Counted from the stretch's first letter, positions 9,813 to 20,822 are shown. The stretch: DNA of 64,000 nt from an uncultured Gemmatimonadaceae bacterium (GCA_963716745.1 OY970320.1:2304001-2368000), one strand, 5' to 3'. The notes: generated by a model from the letters alone, not told the origin. Numbers and translations: made by a program.

Positions 9813-9902
9813 GTCATTCAATTCACTGCATCACGGTCATCGTTAGGGGGTGAATGGGTAACGTTTGGGTCACAACGGCGCTTTCATCACCAGGGTGCTT
9901 AC

Positions 9903-10088
9903 GGTTGCAGAAAACAGTAAACAGTCACGAGTAACTGCCAGTCGACAGTCTACAGTCAACAGGTCACAGAAAACGGATCACGATTCGGCGCGATGCATCG
10001 CACGCTATCGTGATCTGTGTTCTGTGACCTGTGAGCTGTTGACTGTCGACTGGCAGTCACTCGTGACTGTTTACTGTTGACTGCAGCC
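9903..10088. repeat. long inverted-repeat element, copy 3 (empty)
   Basis: same arms; lies between divergent genes. Confidence 0.95.
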
Positions 10089-10192
10089 TTCCGAAGCATG
10101 TGGCTCAGCGTCCTTCCGCCGTTCCCCCATGGAACCTCCGCAACGATTGGGGTAGCAAAGCACTTACCACCCGCACCAGGAGGTCGAACCTC

Positions 10193-10618
10193 ATGCGCCT
10201 CTACGTCCGTTCGCTCCTCGTCCTATCCGCCGTCGCGGTCGCCGCCTGCAGTACCGATTCTAATCTTTCCCAAAGCCAGATCACGGCCGAGCACCTGAAC
10301 GGCACGTGGTCAGAACCGTTCACGATCCCCGGCGAATCGTTCGTGCTGCATCTCACTACGCACGATACGACTGTCACGGGCGACGGCTTCTTCAGTTTCG
10401 AGGCCGGACCGGCGGGAATGCTGACTGTCACCGGCACGGTATCGGGCAAGCAGGTCGATCTCGATATCGTCTATAGCTTTGGCCTCCATCAGCATATCCG
10501 CGCGGATCTCGAGTTCGGCACGCTGAGCGGCTACGTGTATACGACACCGGTGGGCGATCCTGCGCCGATCACGCTCAAGCGAACTTTGTTGCCGCCGGGC
10601 GCGGAGCCTCCAGTATGA
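10193..10618 (+). CDS. putative lipoprotein
   Basis: AGGAGG upstream; signal peptide with lipobox VAAC; paralogous to the next ORF. Confidence 0.75.
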   Translation: MRLYVRSLLVLSAVAVAACSTDSNLSQSQITAEHLNGTWSEPFTIPGESFVLHLTTHDTTVTGDGFFSFEAGPAGMLTVTGTVSGKQVDLDIVYSFGLHQHIRADLEFGTLSGYVYTTPVGDPAPITLKRTLLPPGAEPPV

Positions 10619-11016
10619 TGCGCGCACTCACGGTCGCTGCGATCGCCGCCGCCGCCCTCGGCTGCTCGGATATGCCATCGCAGCCGCCTTCCGACGCAGA
10701 TATCACGGGGACATGGCAGTGGGTATCTCCTGGGAATCCGAACAACCCGGCGGGCCCGAGAACGGTCACGTTGCATTTGACTTCGATCGGGGGCGCGATC
10801 ACCGGGAGTGGCAGCAACTCTTGGATCGGTGGGCCGGTGCCGCTGACCATTACCGGTACGATGGCCGGCAATGACGTCGATCTGGAGATGGCATCCAGCT
10901 CAGAGCCTACGATGACGTTCCACGGGCATCTGATCCTGCGCCGCATTCTGAGCGGGGTCGAGCAAATCGACCCAGCAGGCTCTTACGGGTCGATCGCCTA
11001 TCAAAGACTGGACTGA
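10615..11016 (+). CDS. putative lipoprotein
   Basis: lipobox ALGC; shares GTW, LHLT, LTxTGT and VDL segments with 10193-10618. Confidence 0.75.
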   Translation: MMRALTVAAIAAAALGCSDMPSQPPSDADITGTWQWVSPGNPNNPAGPRTVTLHLTSIGGAITGSGSNSWIGGPVPLTITGTMAGNDVDLEMASSSEPTMTFHGHLILRRILSGVEQIDPAGSYGSIAYQRLD

Positions 11017-11158
11017 ACCGCCGGCAGTCGTCATGCATGTTGGGCTCGCGGCGGTGTCTTATGAGTTCACCGCGGTTGCGAGTTAGGGGTCGTGATGGCG
11101 GCTGCCGGCTGTCCCTATTCACTACTGACTGCGAACGACTGTCACCAGCGCGGGGAGA

Positions 11159-11342
11159 GTTGCAGTAAACAGAAAACAGTCACGAGTGACTGCCAGTCGA
11201 CAGTCAACAGTTCACAGCTCACAGAAAACGGATCACGATAGGGCGAGAGACCTCGCCCCTCCTCGTGATCCGTTTTCTGTGACCTGTGAGCTGTTGACTC
11301 TCGACTGGCCGGTACTCGTGACTGTTTACTGTTCACTGCAAC
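11159..11342. repeat. long inverted-repeat element, copy 4 (empty)
   Basis: GTTGCAG...CTGCAAC arms, inner GGATCACGA/TCGTGATCC stem. Confidence 0.95.
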
Positions 11343-11360
11343 GCCGGATGTCTCTGATGG

Positions 11361-13363
11361 TCAATTCGGCTTAATCCCCACCGCCTTATCCAGCTCCGCC
11401 GGCGAATAGAGCACGCCGTTCTTCATCACCACCGACACCTTCCGGATGTCCGAAATATTCTCCGCAGGATGTCCATCCACAACGATCATATCCGCGAACT
11501 TTCCCACCGTCACAGAGCCGAGCGATTTATCCATCTTCATCACTCTCGCCGCGCCAAGAGTCGCGATCTGCAGCACTTCCGGAGGCGTGATCCCAGCCTG
11601 CCCATAGAGTTCCAACTCCCGATCATACGCGAAGCCAGGAAATCCATCCGTCCCCGCGACGATCACGAGCCCATTGTCATGCATCATCTTCACCATCTTG
11701 AGCATCGCCGCAAAACTGTCCTTATACCGCTGATCCATCCCCTCCGGCACGGGCAATCCACCGGTCAATAATCCACGCCGCACACCGGCCGGAAGACGAT
11801 CCGCGATCATCGCGTAGCCAGGATCGAGCGTCCCCTTCCGCGCGACGAACATATTCTCGAACACATTCACTGTGGGATCGAGCACGGTGTGATGCGCTTT
11901 CAAGAGCGCGACGAAATCCTGCACGCTGGGCGACCCCAGATCCAACTGCGCCGCCTTCTGCGCCACGGCCGTGAAGCGCGCCGGCGTGCGCGTGTCGGGC
12001 ACGGAATCGATCCAGAAATTCAGGAAGAGGAAATTCGCGTGCTGGATCTCATCATATCCCGCATTCACCGCCTGCGCGGCCGTCATGAACGCCGGGACAT
12101 GTCCGCTCACGCGCAGCCCCAGCTTGTGCGCCTCGGCGGCGATCACCGGGCACCAGCTCGGGCTTCACGGAGCTGTAGATCTTGATCTGCACGTAGCCCA
12201 ATTTCGCGACGCGGTCCACGATCGCGCGCGCGGTGTCGGGATTGTCGGCCAGCAGCTTGGTGGGACCGGCGAACGGGCCGGGTCCGTCGATCAAAGCCGC
12301 GAGGATGAGCCGAGGACCGAGCAGGGAACCGTTGCCGAATCGCTTCTGCCGGACGAGCGATTCGTCGACGTCGTTCCCGAGATCGCGCACCGTGGTGATG
12401 CCCGCCTGCAGGAACATGAGACCGTCATCGTCGCCGGTGTGGACATGCATATCCCACATGCCCGGCATCACCGTCTTGCCCGTCGCCTCGATCACCTGCG
12501 TGCCGGCTGGGATTTTCACTTTCCCATTGGGTCCAACGGCAGTGATCTTGTCGCCGTGCACGACGATGGTCGTGTGCGGCACGATCTTGCCCGTCACCGC
12601 GTCGAACAGATCGGCATCGTGGAACGCCACCGCGCCTTTCGGCTTGTGCGCGAGCGTCGCGGCCATGTGCGCCGTGCGCACGGAATCGCCAACGGACTGG
12701 ATCGCGATCAGCTCCGCCGCGGTCGATTCCCAGCCCTTTCGGATGATGCTCATCCAACTGTTCGGTGCCGCGAACAGCGTGGTGTCGGTATCGTACCAGA
12801 GCGAGACGGGGGTGAAGCCGAAGCCGGTGAACGAATAATGGATCACAGTGCGGGTCTCGCCGTTCGCATGCAGCGTCGCCGAGCCCACACTGTCGATATG
12901 CGCCTCGCCCGCGGGCAGCATCTTCATCGAATGCCCCGGCGCGCGCAGCAACAACTTTGCGAGCAGAGTATTCTCGATCGTCGCGCCATCCATGCTGTTA
13001 TAGAACACGGGCACGGTGATCGGCGCGCTCCCCGCCTCCGCCGAATTCTTCCAGATCGCCGTTCCATTCATCACGGAATAGCTCTCGGCGACCGGAGTTT
13101 TCAGATAATCGTGACCGGTGGTGCTGACGGTGAGTTGCGTGCCATTCGGCGCGAGGGTGATGGTCTCATCATATGACGGTCCTCGGCCGCGGTCGTTGAA
13201 TTCATAATGCGCGTTCCAGCTACCATTTGCGGAGCGCCATTCTTTTTCGTAGCCGGCGGGGTGGCCGGCCATGAGGATGGTGTAGCGACGTGGTATCGGT
13301 CGTTTGCGCCATTGAAACGGCGGAAAGGCCGAAGATCATTGCGGCGGCGAAGGTAGTGCGCAT
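11361..13363 (-). CDS. secreted amidohydrolase family protein (apparent frameshifts near 12150 and 13285)
   Basis: MPGMWDMHVH, AGITTVRD, SGHVP, AGTD, GKFAD motifs split over ORFs 12052-13272 and 11361-12146; signal peptide MRTTFAAAMIFGLSAVSMAQ in another frame. Confidence 0.85.
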
Positions 13364-13402
13364 GGCGTGTGTCCGGAGTGGGGAGTACGAGGGTGCTTAG
13401 AA

Positions 13403-13581
13403 TTGCAGTCAACAGCAAACAGTCACGAGTGACTGCCAGTCTACAGTCAACAGTCTACAGCTCACAGAAAACTGACTGCGAAAGGCCGCAAACAGCAATG
13501 GCCCCATTGCGCCGCTTTCTGTGACCTGTTGACTGTTGACTGTCGACTGGCAGTCACTCGTGACTGTTTTCTGTTTACTGC
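13403..13581. repeat. long inverted-repeat element, copy 5 (empty)
   Basis: same arms, different spacer; flanked by GCTTAG (13395) and CTAAGC (13586). Confidence 0.95.
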
Positions 13582-13591
13582 CGCCCTAAGC

Positions 13592-16093
13592 TCACTCAGA
13601 GCGAAGTGCAGTCAACGGATCGACCTTCCCAGCCCGTCGTGCCGGTACCAAGCTTGCCACCGCAGCGACACCCAGCAGTACCACCCCCACTCCCACGAAC
13701 ACCACCGGATCATACGGCGAAACCTGGAACAACATCGGCCTCACCCACTTTCCTGCCACCGCCGCGATCCCGCCGCCGATGATCACTCCCACCGAAGCCA
13801 AGATCATCCCTTCGCCGAGCACTAATCTCACGACATCCGAAACCTGAGCCCCGAGCGCGACGCGCACGCCCAATTCATGCGTCCGCTGAGCAACATTGTA
13901 CGCGATCACGGAATACAACCCGATCGCTGCCAAGATCAATGCCAACACTCCGAACACAGTGAACATCGCCGCGCCCAGCCGCCATGATTGCGTCTCGCGT
14001 CCAACGATGTCCGAGAAGGGAGTCACGGTCACGTAACTCGCCCCCGGCATCACGGCCTGCAAGCGCTTGCGCAGTGTCTCCCGATCCGCCGGCCGCGCGC
14101 CATTCGTGCGCACGAGGATCGCGGAATGATTCGCCTGATTCTCCTGCGCGGCGCTCAGGTAGTAGAAATAACCCGGATCGTCCGAGAAATTGCGCGACTT
14201 CGTATTCTCCGCGATCCCCACCACATACGTGCACGGCATAGTGTCGGATCCGACTTTCATGCATTGCCCAAGTGCGTCGGTCTTGGGCCACAGCACCTTC
14301 GCCATCGCCTCGCTCACCACCGCCGACCTCGGCGCACCCGCGACGTCGGTCGCCGTGATCCCTCGGCCTCGCACGATGCGCGTGCCCACCGTATTGAAGA
14401 AATCGGGCGTCACCGCGTTCATATCGAACTCGCCGAGCTTGTCCACCGAATCGATCCCGGCCACGTGGAGGTCCTCGCTCCACATGCTCCAGAAGGGGAG
14501 CGTCGCGCTCAGCGCCACGTGCTCGACGCCCGGCGTGGCCTTCGCCGTCTCGAGCAGGCTGAGCAGCAATTGCTCGGTATGCGCGCTGTCCAACTTCACG
14601 CCGCGCATGATCGGATCGATCACGGTGACCCGCGTGGCGTCGTAGCCGAGGCTCATGGCATTGACGTTGTGCAACGAGCGCACGAACAGGCCCGCGCCCA
14701 CGAGCAGCACGACGCTCAGCGCGCCCTGGAATACGAGGAGTCCAATGCGCAGGCGCGAACAATGCACCGCGCCCTCGCGCGCTCCGGCCTTGAGATCGAG
14801 CGTGAGATCGGCGCTCCGCGTCTGGACGATCGGCGCGAGCCCGGTGAGCAGACCAGCCACGAGCGCCGCGAGGCCGGCGAAGACGAGAACTCGCGGATCG
14901 CCGATCACCGCGGCGCCTTCGGTCTTGGGCAGCATGGTCGTGCGCAGAATGCCGCCGCCCAATTGTGCGATCACGATCCCCACCACGCCGCCGAGCGCGG
15001 CGAGCAGAACGCTCTCGGTGAGCAATTGCGCCGCGAGCCGGCCGCGGCTCACGCCGAGCGCGAGGCGCACGGCCACTTCACGTTTCCGGCGCAGTGCGCG
15101 CGCGAGCAACAAGTTCGCGACATTCGCGCAGGCGATGAGCCATACCACGACCGCGACGCCAGCGATCCAGCCTGCGACCTTCGCCTCGCTCGATTGCTGC
15201 GGCCCACGCTCGGCTAATATCAATGCGACGATCGCGTGTGGCTTCGCCAGTTCGGGCGGTGTCTCGTTCTTGTCGGCCGCGGCCTGCGCGGCGTATTCGC
15301 GCTGAAACGCGCCGCTGATGTCCGCCGTAGCCTGCTCAAGCGAGACGTCCGGCTTCCGCTCGGCGATCATGCGTGCCCACTGCCAATGATACGTCACGTC
15401 CCACGACTCGCCGAGCAGGCGGAGGCCTTCGCCCAGCTCGTGACCGTACGCCGAGATCGGGATGAAGGCGGCGGGGGGCTGCGACGGCGAGAGTCCGACG
15501 AAGCCTGCCGGCGTGACGCCGATGATCGTGTAGCGCGTGGCGCCTATTTGTATCGGCTGCCCGATCGCATCGGCGCGTCCGCCGTACTGCGTTTGCCAGA
15601 GTCCGTAGCTGAGTACTGCGACGGCCGTACCGACCGGCGCGACATCTTCGCTCGCGGTGAAGTAGCGGCCGGCGGCAGGCGGCGCAGTGAAGAAGCCGAA
15701 GAAGGAGGCGCTCACGGCGGATACCTGCATCTCGCGCGAATCGAGACCGTCGCCGATCGCGAGCTTGCGGTCGAACATCGCCGCCGTTCGCGTGAAGGAA
15801 TTGGTCTCTTTCGTGAGATTCTGGATCCGCGCGTAGGGCAGGGAACCGCCCGCGAATTCTTTGCCGCGATAGCTGGTGGCGAGATAGATCCTGTGCGTGC
15901 GCGCGGGGTTGGCGAGCATGGGCGGAGCGCGGAAGAGCAGTTGATCTACTATGGAGAAGATCGCGGCGTTGGCTCCGATGCCGAGTGCGAGCGTGAGGAT
16001 CACGGCGACGGTGAAGCCCGGTTTGTTCTTGAGACCGCGGAGGGCGTAGGTGAGGTCTTGTTTTGTCGCTTGCCAGCGGCTTTCGGTGGACAT
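13592..16093 (-). CDS. ADOP-family duplicated ABC transporter permease
   Basis: LTLALGIGANAAIFS, LIACANVANLLLAR, QRTHELGVRVALGA, PARRA..VDPLTALRSE. Confidence 0.9.
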   Translation of the reverse strand: MSTESRWQATKQDLTYALRGLKNKPGFTVAVILTLALGIGANAAIFSIVDQLLFRAPPMLANPARTHRIYLATSYRGKEFAGGSLPYARIQNLTKETNSFTRTAAMFDRKLAIGDGLDSREMQVSAVSASFFGFFTAPPAAGRYFTASEDVAPVGTAVAVLSYGLWQTQYGGRADAIGQPIQIGATRYTIIGVTPAGFVGLSPSQPPAAFIPISAYGHELGEGLRLLGESWDVTYHWQWARMIAERKPDVSLEQATADISGAFQREYAAQAAADKNETPPELAKPHAIVALILAERGPQQSSEAKVAGWIAGVAVVVWLIACANVANLLLARALRRKREVAVRLALGVSRGRLAAQLLTESVLLAALGGVVGIVIAQLGGGILRTTMLPKTEGAAVIGDPRVLVFAGLAALVAGLLTGLAPIVQTRSADLTLDLKAGAREGAVHCSRLRIGLLVFQGALSVVLLVGAGLFVRSLHNVNAMSLGYDATRVTVIDPIMRGVKLDSAHTEQLLLSLLETAKATPGVEHVALSATLPFWSMWSEDLHVAGIDSVDKLGEFDMNAVTPDFFNTVGTRIVRGRGITATDVAGAPRSAVVSEAMAKVLWPKTDALGQCMKVGSDTMPCTYVVGIAENTKSRNFSDDPGYFYYLSAAQENQANHSAILVRTNGARPADRETLRKRLQAVMPGASYVTVTPFSDIVGRETQSWRLGAAMFTVFGVLALILAAIGLYSVIAYNVAQRTHELGVRVALGAQVSDVVRLVLGEGMILASVGVIIGGGIAAVAGKWVRPMLFQVSPYDPVVFVGVGVVLLGVAAVASLVPARRAGKVDPLTALRSE

Positions 16094-16190
16094 TTTCGGA
16101 GCTCCGCGAGGTGGTCGGGATTTGACACCAAACTATTCCCGACGGTTGGCTGGGTTGCGGACGAAACTACTGTCGCCAGGACGCTTAGAA

Positions 16191-16365
16191 TTGCAGTGAA
16201 CAGTAAACAGTCGCGAGTACCGGCCAGTCAACAGTCTACAGTCAACAGGTCACAGAAATCGGGTCAGCGCGACGGATGATCCAACGCGCATGGAGCAGTT
16301 TTCTGTGACCTGTTGACTGTAGACTGTAGACTGGCAGTCACTCGTGACTGTTTACTGTTAGCTGC
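16191..16365. repeat. long inverted-repeat element, copy 6 (empty)
   Basis: same arms; spacer related to that of copy 7 in the opposite orientation. Confidence 0.95.
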
Positions 16366-16436
16366 CGCCTTCCCCCGGGCCGGACTTTCCGGTAGTGTCG
16401 TACCAACCCTCCCCCCACCGGGTGTGTCGAACGATC

Positions 16437-18911
16437 ATGCCCTCCCTCCGCTCCCTCACCCGCACCCCAGCCTTCACCACCGCCGCCGTCCTGACTCTCG
16501 GACTCGGCATGGGCGCTACGACCTCGATCTACACTCTACTCAAACGAGTCGTCCTCGACCCCCTGCCATATCCCCACCCAGAACAATTGGTCCGCCTCAC
16601 GAACCCTATGCCTTCCGTGGGGCATGACGTCGAGTGGAGTCTCAGTACCGCGCAATATTTCTATTTCTCGCAACATGCCAAGACCCTGTCCGCCATCGGA
16701 CTCTTTCGCGAAGGCGGGCTGAATTTCGCCTCGAACGTGCCAGGCGCCGAACCCCAGCACGTTCACGCCGCCGAGGTCACGGCGTCGATGATGGATCTCC
16801 TTGGCGCTAACGCGATCCTTGGCCGCCTGATCAATAGGAATGATGACGTTCCGGGGGCCCCACGGGTCGCAATGCTTTCGCGCGGTTTCTGGCGCCGGCA
16901 ATTCGGTGCGGACCCATCGATCATCGGCACGACGATCAGGCTCGATGACGCGCCGGTGCAAGTCATCGGCATCATGGCGCCCGGCGTCGAAGTCCCGCTC
17001 GAACGCGGGCAGGCGGTGGGTGTCGCGACCAATGTGTGGACCGCGCGCCGGCTCGATCCGGCCGGTCCGTTCTACAATAACCATGTGAATCCTGGCATCG
17101 CGCGCCTCGCCCCCGGCGCGACGGTCGCTTCGGTGAGCGCGGAATTGGATCAGCTCACGAAGCAATTCCCCGCGGCGTTCCCGGTCGCGTATTCCGAGAA
17201 TTTCATCAAGAACTTCCATACGCGCCCGTATCCGCTCAAGGAGTATGTCGTGGGCGGCGCGGCGCGGAATCTCTGGATCCTGTTCGGCGCCGTCGCGCTC
17301 GTGCTGCTGATCGCGTGCGCGAACGTCATCAATCTATTCCTCGTGCGCTTCGAGGCCCGGCGCAGAGAATTCGCCATTCGCGCAGCGTTGGGCGCCGGCT
17401 GGCGCGATATCGCAATCGATTCCTTCCGCGAATCGGCGATCCTCACGCTGGCCGGCGCTGCGGTCGCGCTCGTGCTGGGCTACTCCGCCACGCGCTGGCT
17501 CGTCGCGCTCGCACCATCGAGCCTGCCACGACTGGCCGACCTGCAGCTCGATCCGGGCGTCTTCGCATTCACCATCATTCTAGCCCTTCTGATCGCTGGG
17601 ATCCTCGCACTCGTACCCGTTCTACGCACGAACCGCCCGGACGCCATAGGTGCACTCGGCGATGGCGGCCGGTCCGGCACCGCCAACGTCCAACGTCAGC
17701 GCTTCCGCAGCATTTTGGTCGTCTCGCAGGTCGCATTGGCGCTCGTGCTCGTCGTCGGTGCCGGATTATTGCTCGAATCCTTCCATCGCCTGAGCAAGGT
17801 GAGTCCCGGGATCGATAGCCGAGGAACGATGACTGTGGAACTGTACCCTTCGTCGCAGCGATATGAGACGATGGAGAAGTTGTGGCAATTCTATGCGCAG
17901 GTCATCGCGAAAGTGGACGCAATTCCCGGCGTCGCATCGGCCGGATTGACCGAGGAATTGCCCTTCAGCGGCGATTTCGGATGCACCGTGCAAGGATTCG
18001 AGGATGCCGGTGTCTATGAACAACTGAAACGCTCGCACCAGACCGAGTGCGCCGGGCAGGAGACCACATCACCCGGCTATTTCGCCGCAATGGGCATCCC
18101 GGTCCTGAAGGGCAGGGAATTCGTGGCGGGCGATAACGATTCTCCATTGGGCGGCGCTGTTGTCGTGAGCAAGACATTCGCCGACCGCTTCTGGCCCGGC
18201 GAGGATCCGATCGGCAAAGGCACCGCGCCCAATGGCAACGGCAAAGGCCCGTTCTATCATGTGGTCGGAGTCGTCGGCAATGTCCATATCTCCAGCCTCG
18301 ACGGCGAAATGGCCAACGCGATCTATTATCCCATCGTCGCGATCCCGCATACCGGGCAATGGTTCGATGGTGAAATGGCCCTCGTCATCAGAACAACGCG
18401 CGGCAGCCCCGATTCCTACCTGAATGCGGTCCGGCGTGCCGTCGCCGAAGTCGATCCGGCAGTCCCGATCGCGAACGCGCAGGAAATGGAAACGGTCGTC
18501 GCACGTTCAATGAGCCGCCTCACCTTCACGATGACGCTGCTCGGCGTCGCCGGCGTCACGGCGCTCCTTCTTGCCGCGATCGGATTATACGGACTCATTG
18601 CCTACATAGTAGAACGTCGCACGAACGAGATCGGCGTTCGTTTGGCACTCGGCGCGCAACCGATACAGGTGGAAGGAATGGTCGTGCGCGGCGCGATGAA
18701 GCTCACGATTGCAGGATTGGCCGTCGGAGCCGTTGTCGCGCTCCTGTTCTCGCGATTGCTCGGCTCACTCTTGTACGGAATCGCACCGTGGGATTTTGGA
18801 GCATATCTCGGCGCGATCGGAGTGCTCGGAGTTGTGGCGTTATTGGCGGGGTGGGTGCCGGCGCGGAGAGCTGGTCGGATCGATCCGGCGGTGGCGCTGC
18901 GCTCGGAGTGA
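16437..18911 (+). CDS. ADOP-family duplicated ABC transporter permease
   Basis: LTLGLGMGATT, LLIACANVINL, RRTNEIGVRLALGA, PARRAGRIDPAVALRSE. Confidence 0.9.
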   Translation: MPSLRSLTRTPAFTTAAVLTLGLGMGATTSIYTLLKRVVLDPLPYPHPEQLVRLTNPMPSVGHDVEWSLSTAQYFYFSQHAKTLSAIGLFREGGLNFASNVPGAEPQHVHAAEVTASMMDLLGANAILGRLINRNDDVPGAPRVAMLSRGFWRRQFGADPSIIGTTIRLDDAPVQVIGIMAPGVEVPLERGQAVGVATNVWTARRLDPAGPFYNNHVNPGIARLAPGATVASVSAELDQLTKQFPAAFPVAYSENFIKNFHTRPYPLKEYVVGGAARNLWILFGAVALVLLIACANVINLFLVRFEARRREFAIRAALGAGWRDIAIDSFRESAILTLAGAAVALVLGYSATRWLVALAPSSLPRLADLQLDPGVFAFTIILALLIAGILALVPVLRTNRPDAIGALGDGGRSGTANVQRQRFRSILVVSQVALALVLVVGAGLLLESFHRLSKVSPGIDSRGTMTVELYPSSQRYETMEKLWQFYAQVIAKVDAIPGVASAGLTEELPFSGDFGCTVQGFEDAGVYEQLKRSHQTECAGQETTSPGYFAAMGIPVLKGREFVAGDNDSPLGGAVVVSKTFADRFWPGEDPIGKGTAPNGNGKGPFYHVVGVVGNVHISSLDGEMANAIYYPIVAIPHTGQWFDGEMALVIRTTRGSPDSYLNAVRRAVAEVDPAVPIANAQEMETVVARSMSRLTFTMTLLGVAGVTALLLAAIGLYGLIAYIVERRTNEIGVRLALGAQPIQVEGMVVRGAMKLTIAGLAVGAVVALLFSRLLGSLLYGIAPWDFGAYLGAIGVLGVVALLAGWVPARRAGRIDPAVALRSE

Positions 18912-18946
18912 CGGGCAACTGCGTTCCACCCACCAGCGCCGGTAGC

Positions 18947-19124
18947 GTTGCAGTCAACAGTAAACTGTCACGAGTACCTGCCAGTCAACAGTCTACAGTC
19001 AACAGGTCACAGAAAACCGTTCCACGTGCGCCAGGAGCTGCCGTCGCGCTGAGCCGATTTCTGTGAGCTGTTGACTGTTGACTGTTGACTGGCAGGTACT
19101 CGTGACTGTTTACTGTTAGCTGCC
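18947..19124. repeat. long inverted-repeat element, copy 7 (empty)
   Basis: same arms. Confidence 0.95.
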
Positions 19125-19204
19125 GCCTTCCCAGCCTGGTGGCCGAAGTCTTTTTTCAGTATCGCGGGTAATACTGCACTATCCCTCACCATAGTAGGCG
19201 CCCC

Positions 19205-19654
19205 ATGCATCTCCCAAAGTCCTCCCTCCTACTCACCGCCCTCGTAGTCGCCGCCTGCAATAATTCAACAACCCCAACCTCACCCGCCGCGAGCAGCGCG
19301 GCACCGGGCGACACAACCCACGTCGCGCCGAATACAATAATCCTTTCCGGCCACGTCTTCGCCATGCAAGCGACTCCCGCCGCGATGGGATCGGATACGC
19401 TGCACTATATCCCCATCGCGAACGTCAGTCTGCGCTTGATGCATAATATTCTCGTGAACGGCAATTCCGCGCAGGAGCTTGCGGGCAATGCTATCTCCGC
19501 GGCGGACGGCAGTTATCGATTCCCGAATCTCCCGAGCGGCTACTATGTCCTCTACGCCACGCCGTCGAGCGCGTCGGGATATTCTGGATCGTATTCGTTG
19601 GTGCCGGGCCAGAGTGCTAGTACGGTTGTGGATGTATTCGTCTGGAAGAATTGA
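19205..19654 (+). CDS. putative lipoprotein with a carboxypeptidase-regulatory-like beta domain
   Basis: lipobox VAAC; DGSYRFPNLPSGYYVLYA motif. Confidence 0.7.
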   Translation: MHLPKSSLLLTALVVAACNNSTTPTSPAASSAAPGDTTHVAPNTIILSGHVFAMQATPAAMGSDTLHYIPIANVSLRLMHNILVNGNSAQELAGNAISAADGSYRFPNLPSGYYVLYATPSSASGYSGSYSLVPGQSASTVVDVFVWKN

Positions 19655-19694
19655 CGAGAAGCCAACTGCGGCCTGACCACTTGCCGTCACTAGC

Positions 19695-19852
19695 TTGCAG
19701 AAAACAGTAAACAGTCACGAGAACTGCACCGCAGTCTACAGTCAACAGTCAACAGCTCTCAGAAAACGGCGCTACGTTGAACCACTTTCTGTGACCTGTT
19801 GACTGTAGACTGTAGACTGGCAGTCACTCGTGACTGTTTACTGTTCCCTGCC
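19695..19852. repeat. long inverted-repeat element, copy 8 (empty, short spacer)
   Basis: same arms, with a degenerate left internal palindrome. Confidence 0.9.
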
Positions 19853-19961
19853 GCTTTCCACCGGGTTCGGAGCCGAACGCAGTTGCCCTCCCGCCTTGCG
19901 CCGAGAAGGGATATATCGCCTCTTTCCTGAGCCCTTCTCCCTCAGGATCGCGACAAGAACC

Positions 19962-20447
19962 TTGCCCGATAAACCACCTCCCCGCCGCTCAACCACTCGC
20001 CGCTCCACCACCAGCCGCGCGAGCACGGCCGCGCGCCTCAGCTCCCAACGTCTCCCGGCGATCGAACCGGAGGCGGTGGAAGCGAAAGTGACTTGGCGTC
20101 AAATGCTGCGCCCGGTGGCGATCGTGGTCGTTGGCGTCCTGCTCTGGTGGCTCGGACTCGGCGGCGTGTACGGCAGCACGATGTTCATCGTGCGCTGGAT
20201 CGGGATCTTGCTGGCGATCGCGGGCATCGTGATGTGGGCGCGCATCGCGCCGCCGAGTCATCTGATGACGTGGGGCGCGCTGTTTCAGCTGCCGTTCGTG
20301 GTGAACGCCGGTCCGTTGCTCAATACCAGTACGACGCTCTTGGGATTCACCATCCCGATCGTCCCCATGATCGGCATCGCGCTGCTCATCGCCGGCTTTA
20401 CGCGCTGGGCACGCGGCGAGGATAGTTGGTTAACGCGGAGATATTAG
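19962..20447 (+). CDS. hypothetical membrane protein (start uncertain)
   Basis: four hydrophobic segments in ORF 19830-20447. Confidence 0.6.
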   Translation: MPDKPPPRRSTTRRSTTSRASTAARLSSQRLPAIEPEAVEAKVTWRQMLRPVAIVVVGVLLWWLGLGGVYGSTMFIVRWIGILLAIAGIVMWARIAPPSHLMTWGALFQLPFVVNAGPLLNTSTTLLGFTIPIVPMIGIALLIAGFTRWARGEDSWLTRRY

Positions 20448-20822
20448 TCCGAGCAGCGTGTGTATGTAGGAATGATTAGAACGGCCCCGGCAATCGCATG
20501 CGCGGGGCCGTTGTCGCTTCCGGACGTCTGGCGGCGAGCAGTGGCTCGGTCGGAACGACTGAATATCTCGTCAAACACGCGTCAGACTATCGGAGCCTGC
20601 CTCCGTTGCAGCGCTCTAATCCGGCCGGTGACGAGTCGGTGACGCCTATGTCGTATCGATTTTCCACATTAAGGACCGAATAATTGCGAGAGCGCGGTCA
20701 TAGGTGAACCTACTCTAATAGTAGGACCTTTCGCGCCGTTGCTCCGGTAGCTATTGTGCGCCCCCACGGAGAGAGGTTAGTCCCGAAGCGAATGTGCAAG
20801 TTGCGAGTCGCTGTGCATCACA

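Noticed and set aside
1808..19852. Long-IR copies as a CRISPR array
   Set aside because: The copies are dispersed inverted pairs separated by whole genes, not direct repeats with 30-40 nt spacers, and no cas genes are present.
9903..19852. Long-IR copies as integron attC sites
   Set aside because: The ends read GTT...AAC, the reverse of the attC RYYYAAC...GTTRRRY order; the bracketed genes are in mixed orientation; no integrase is visible.
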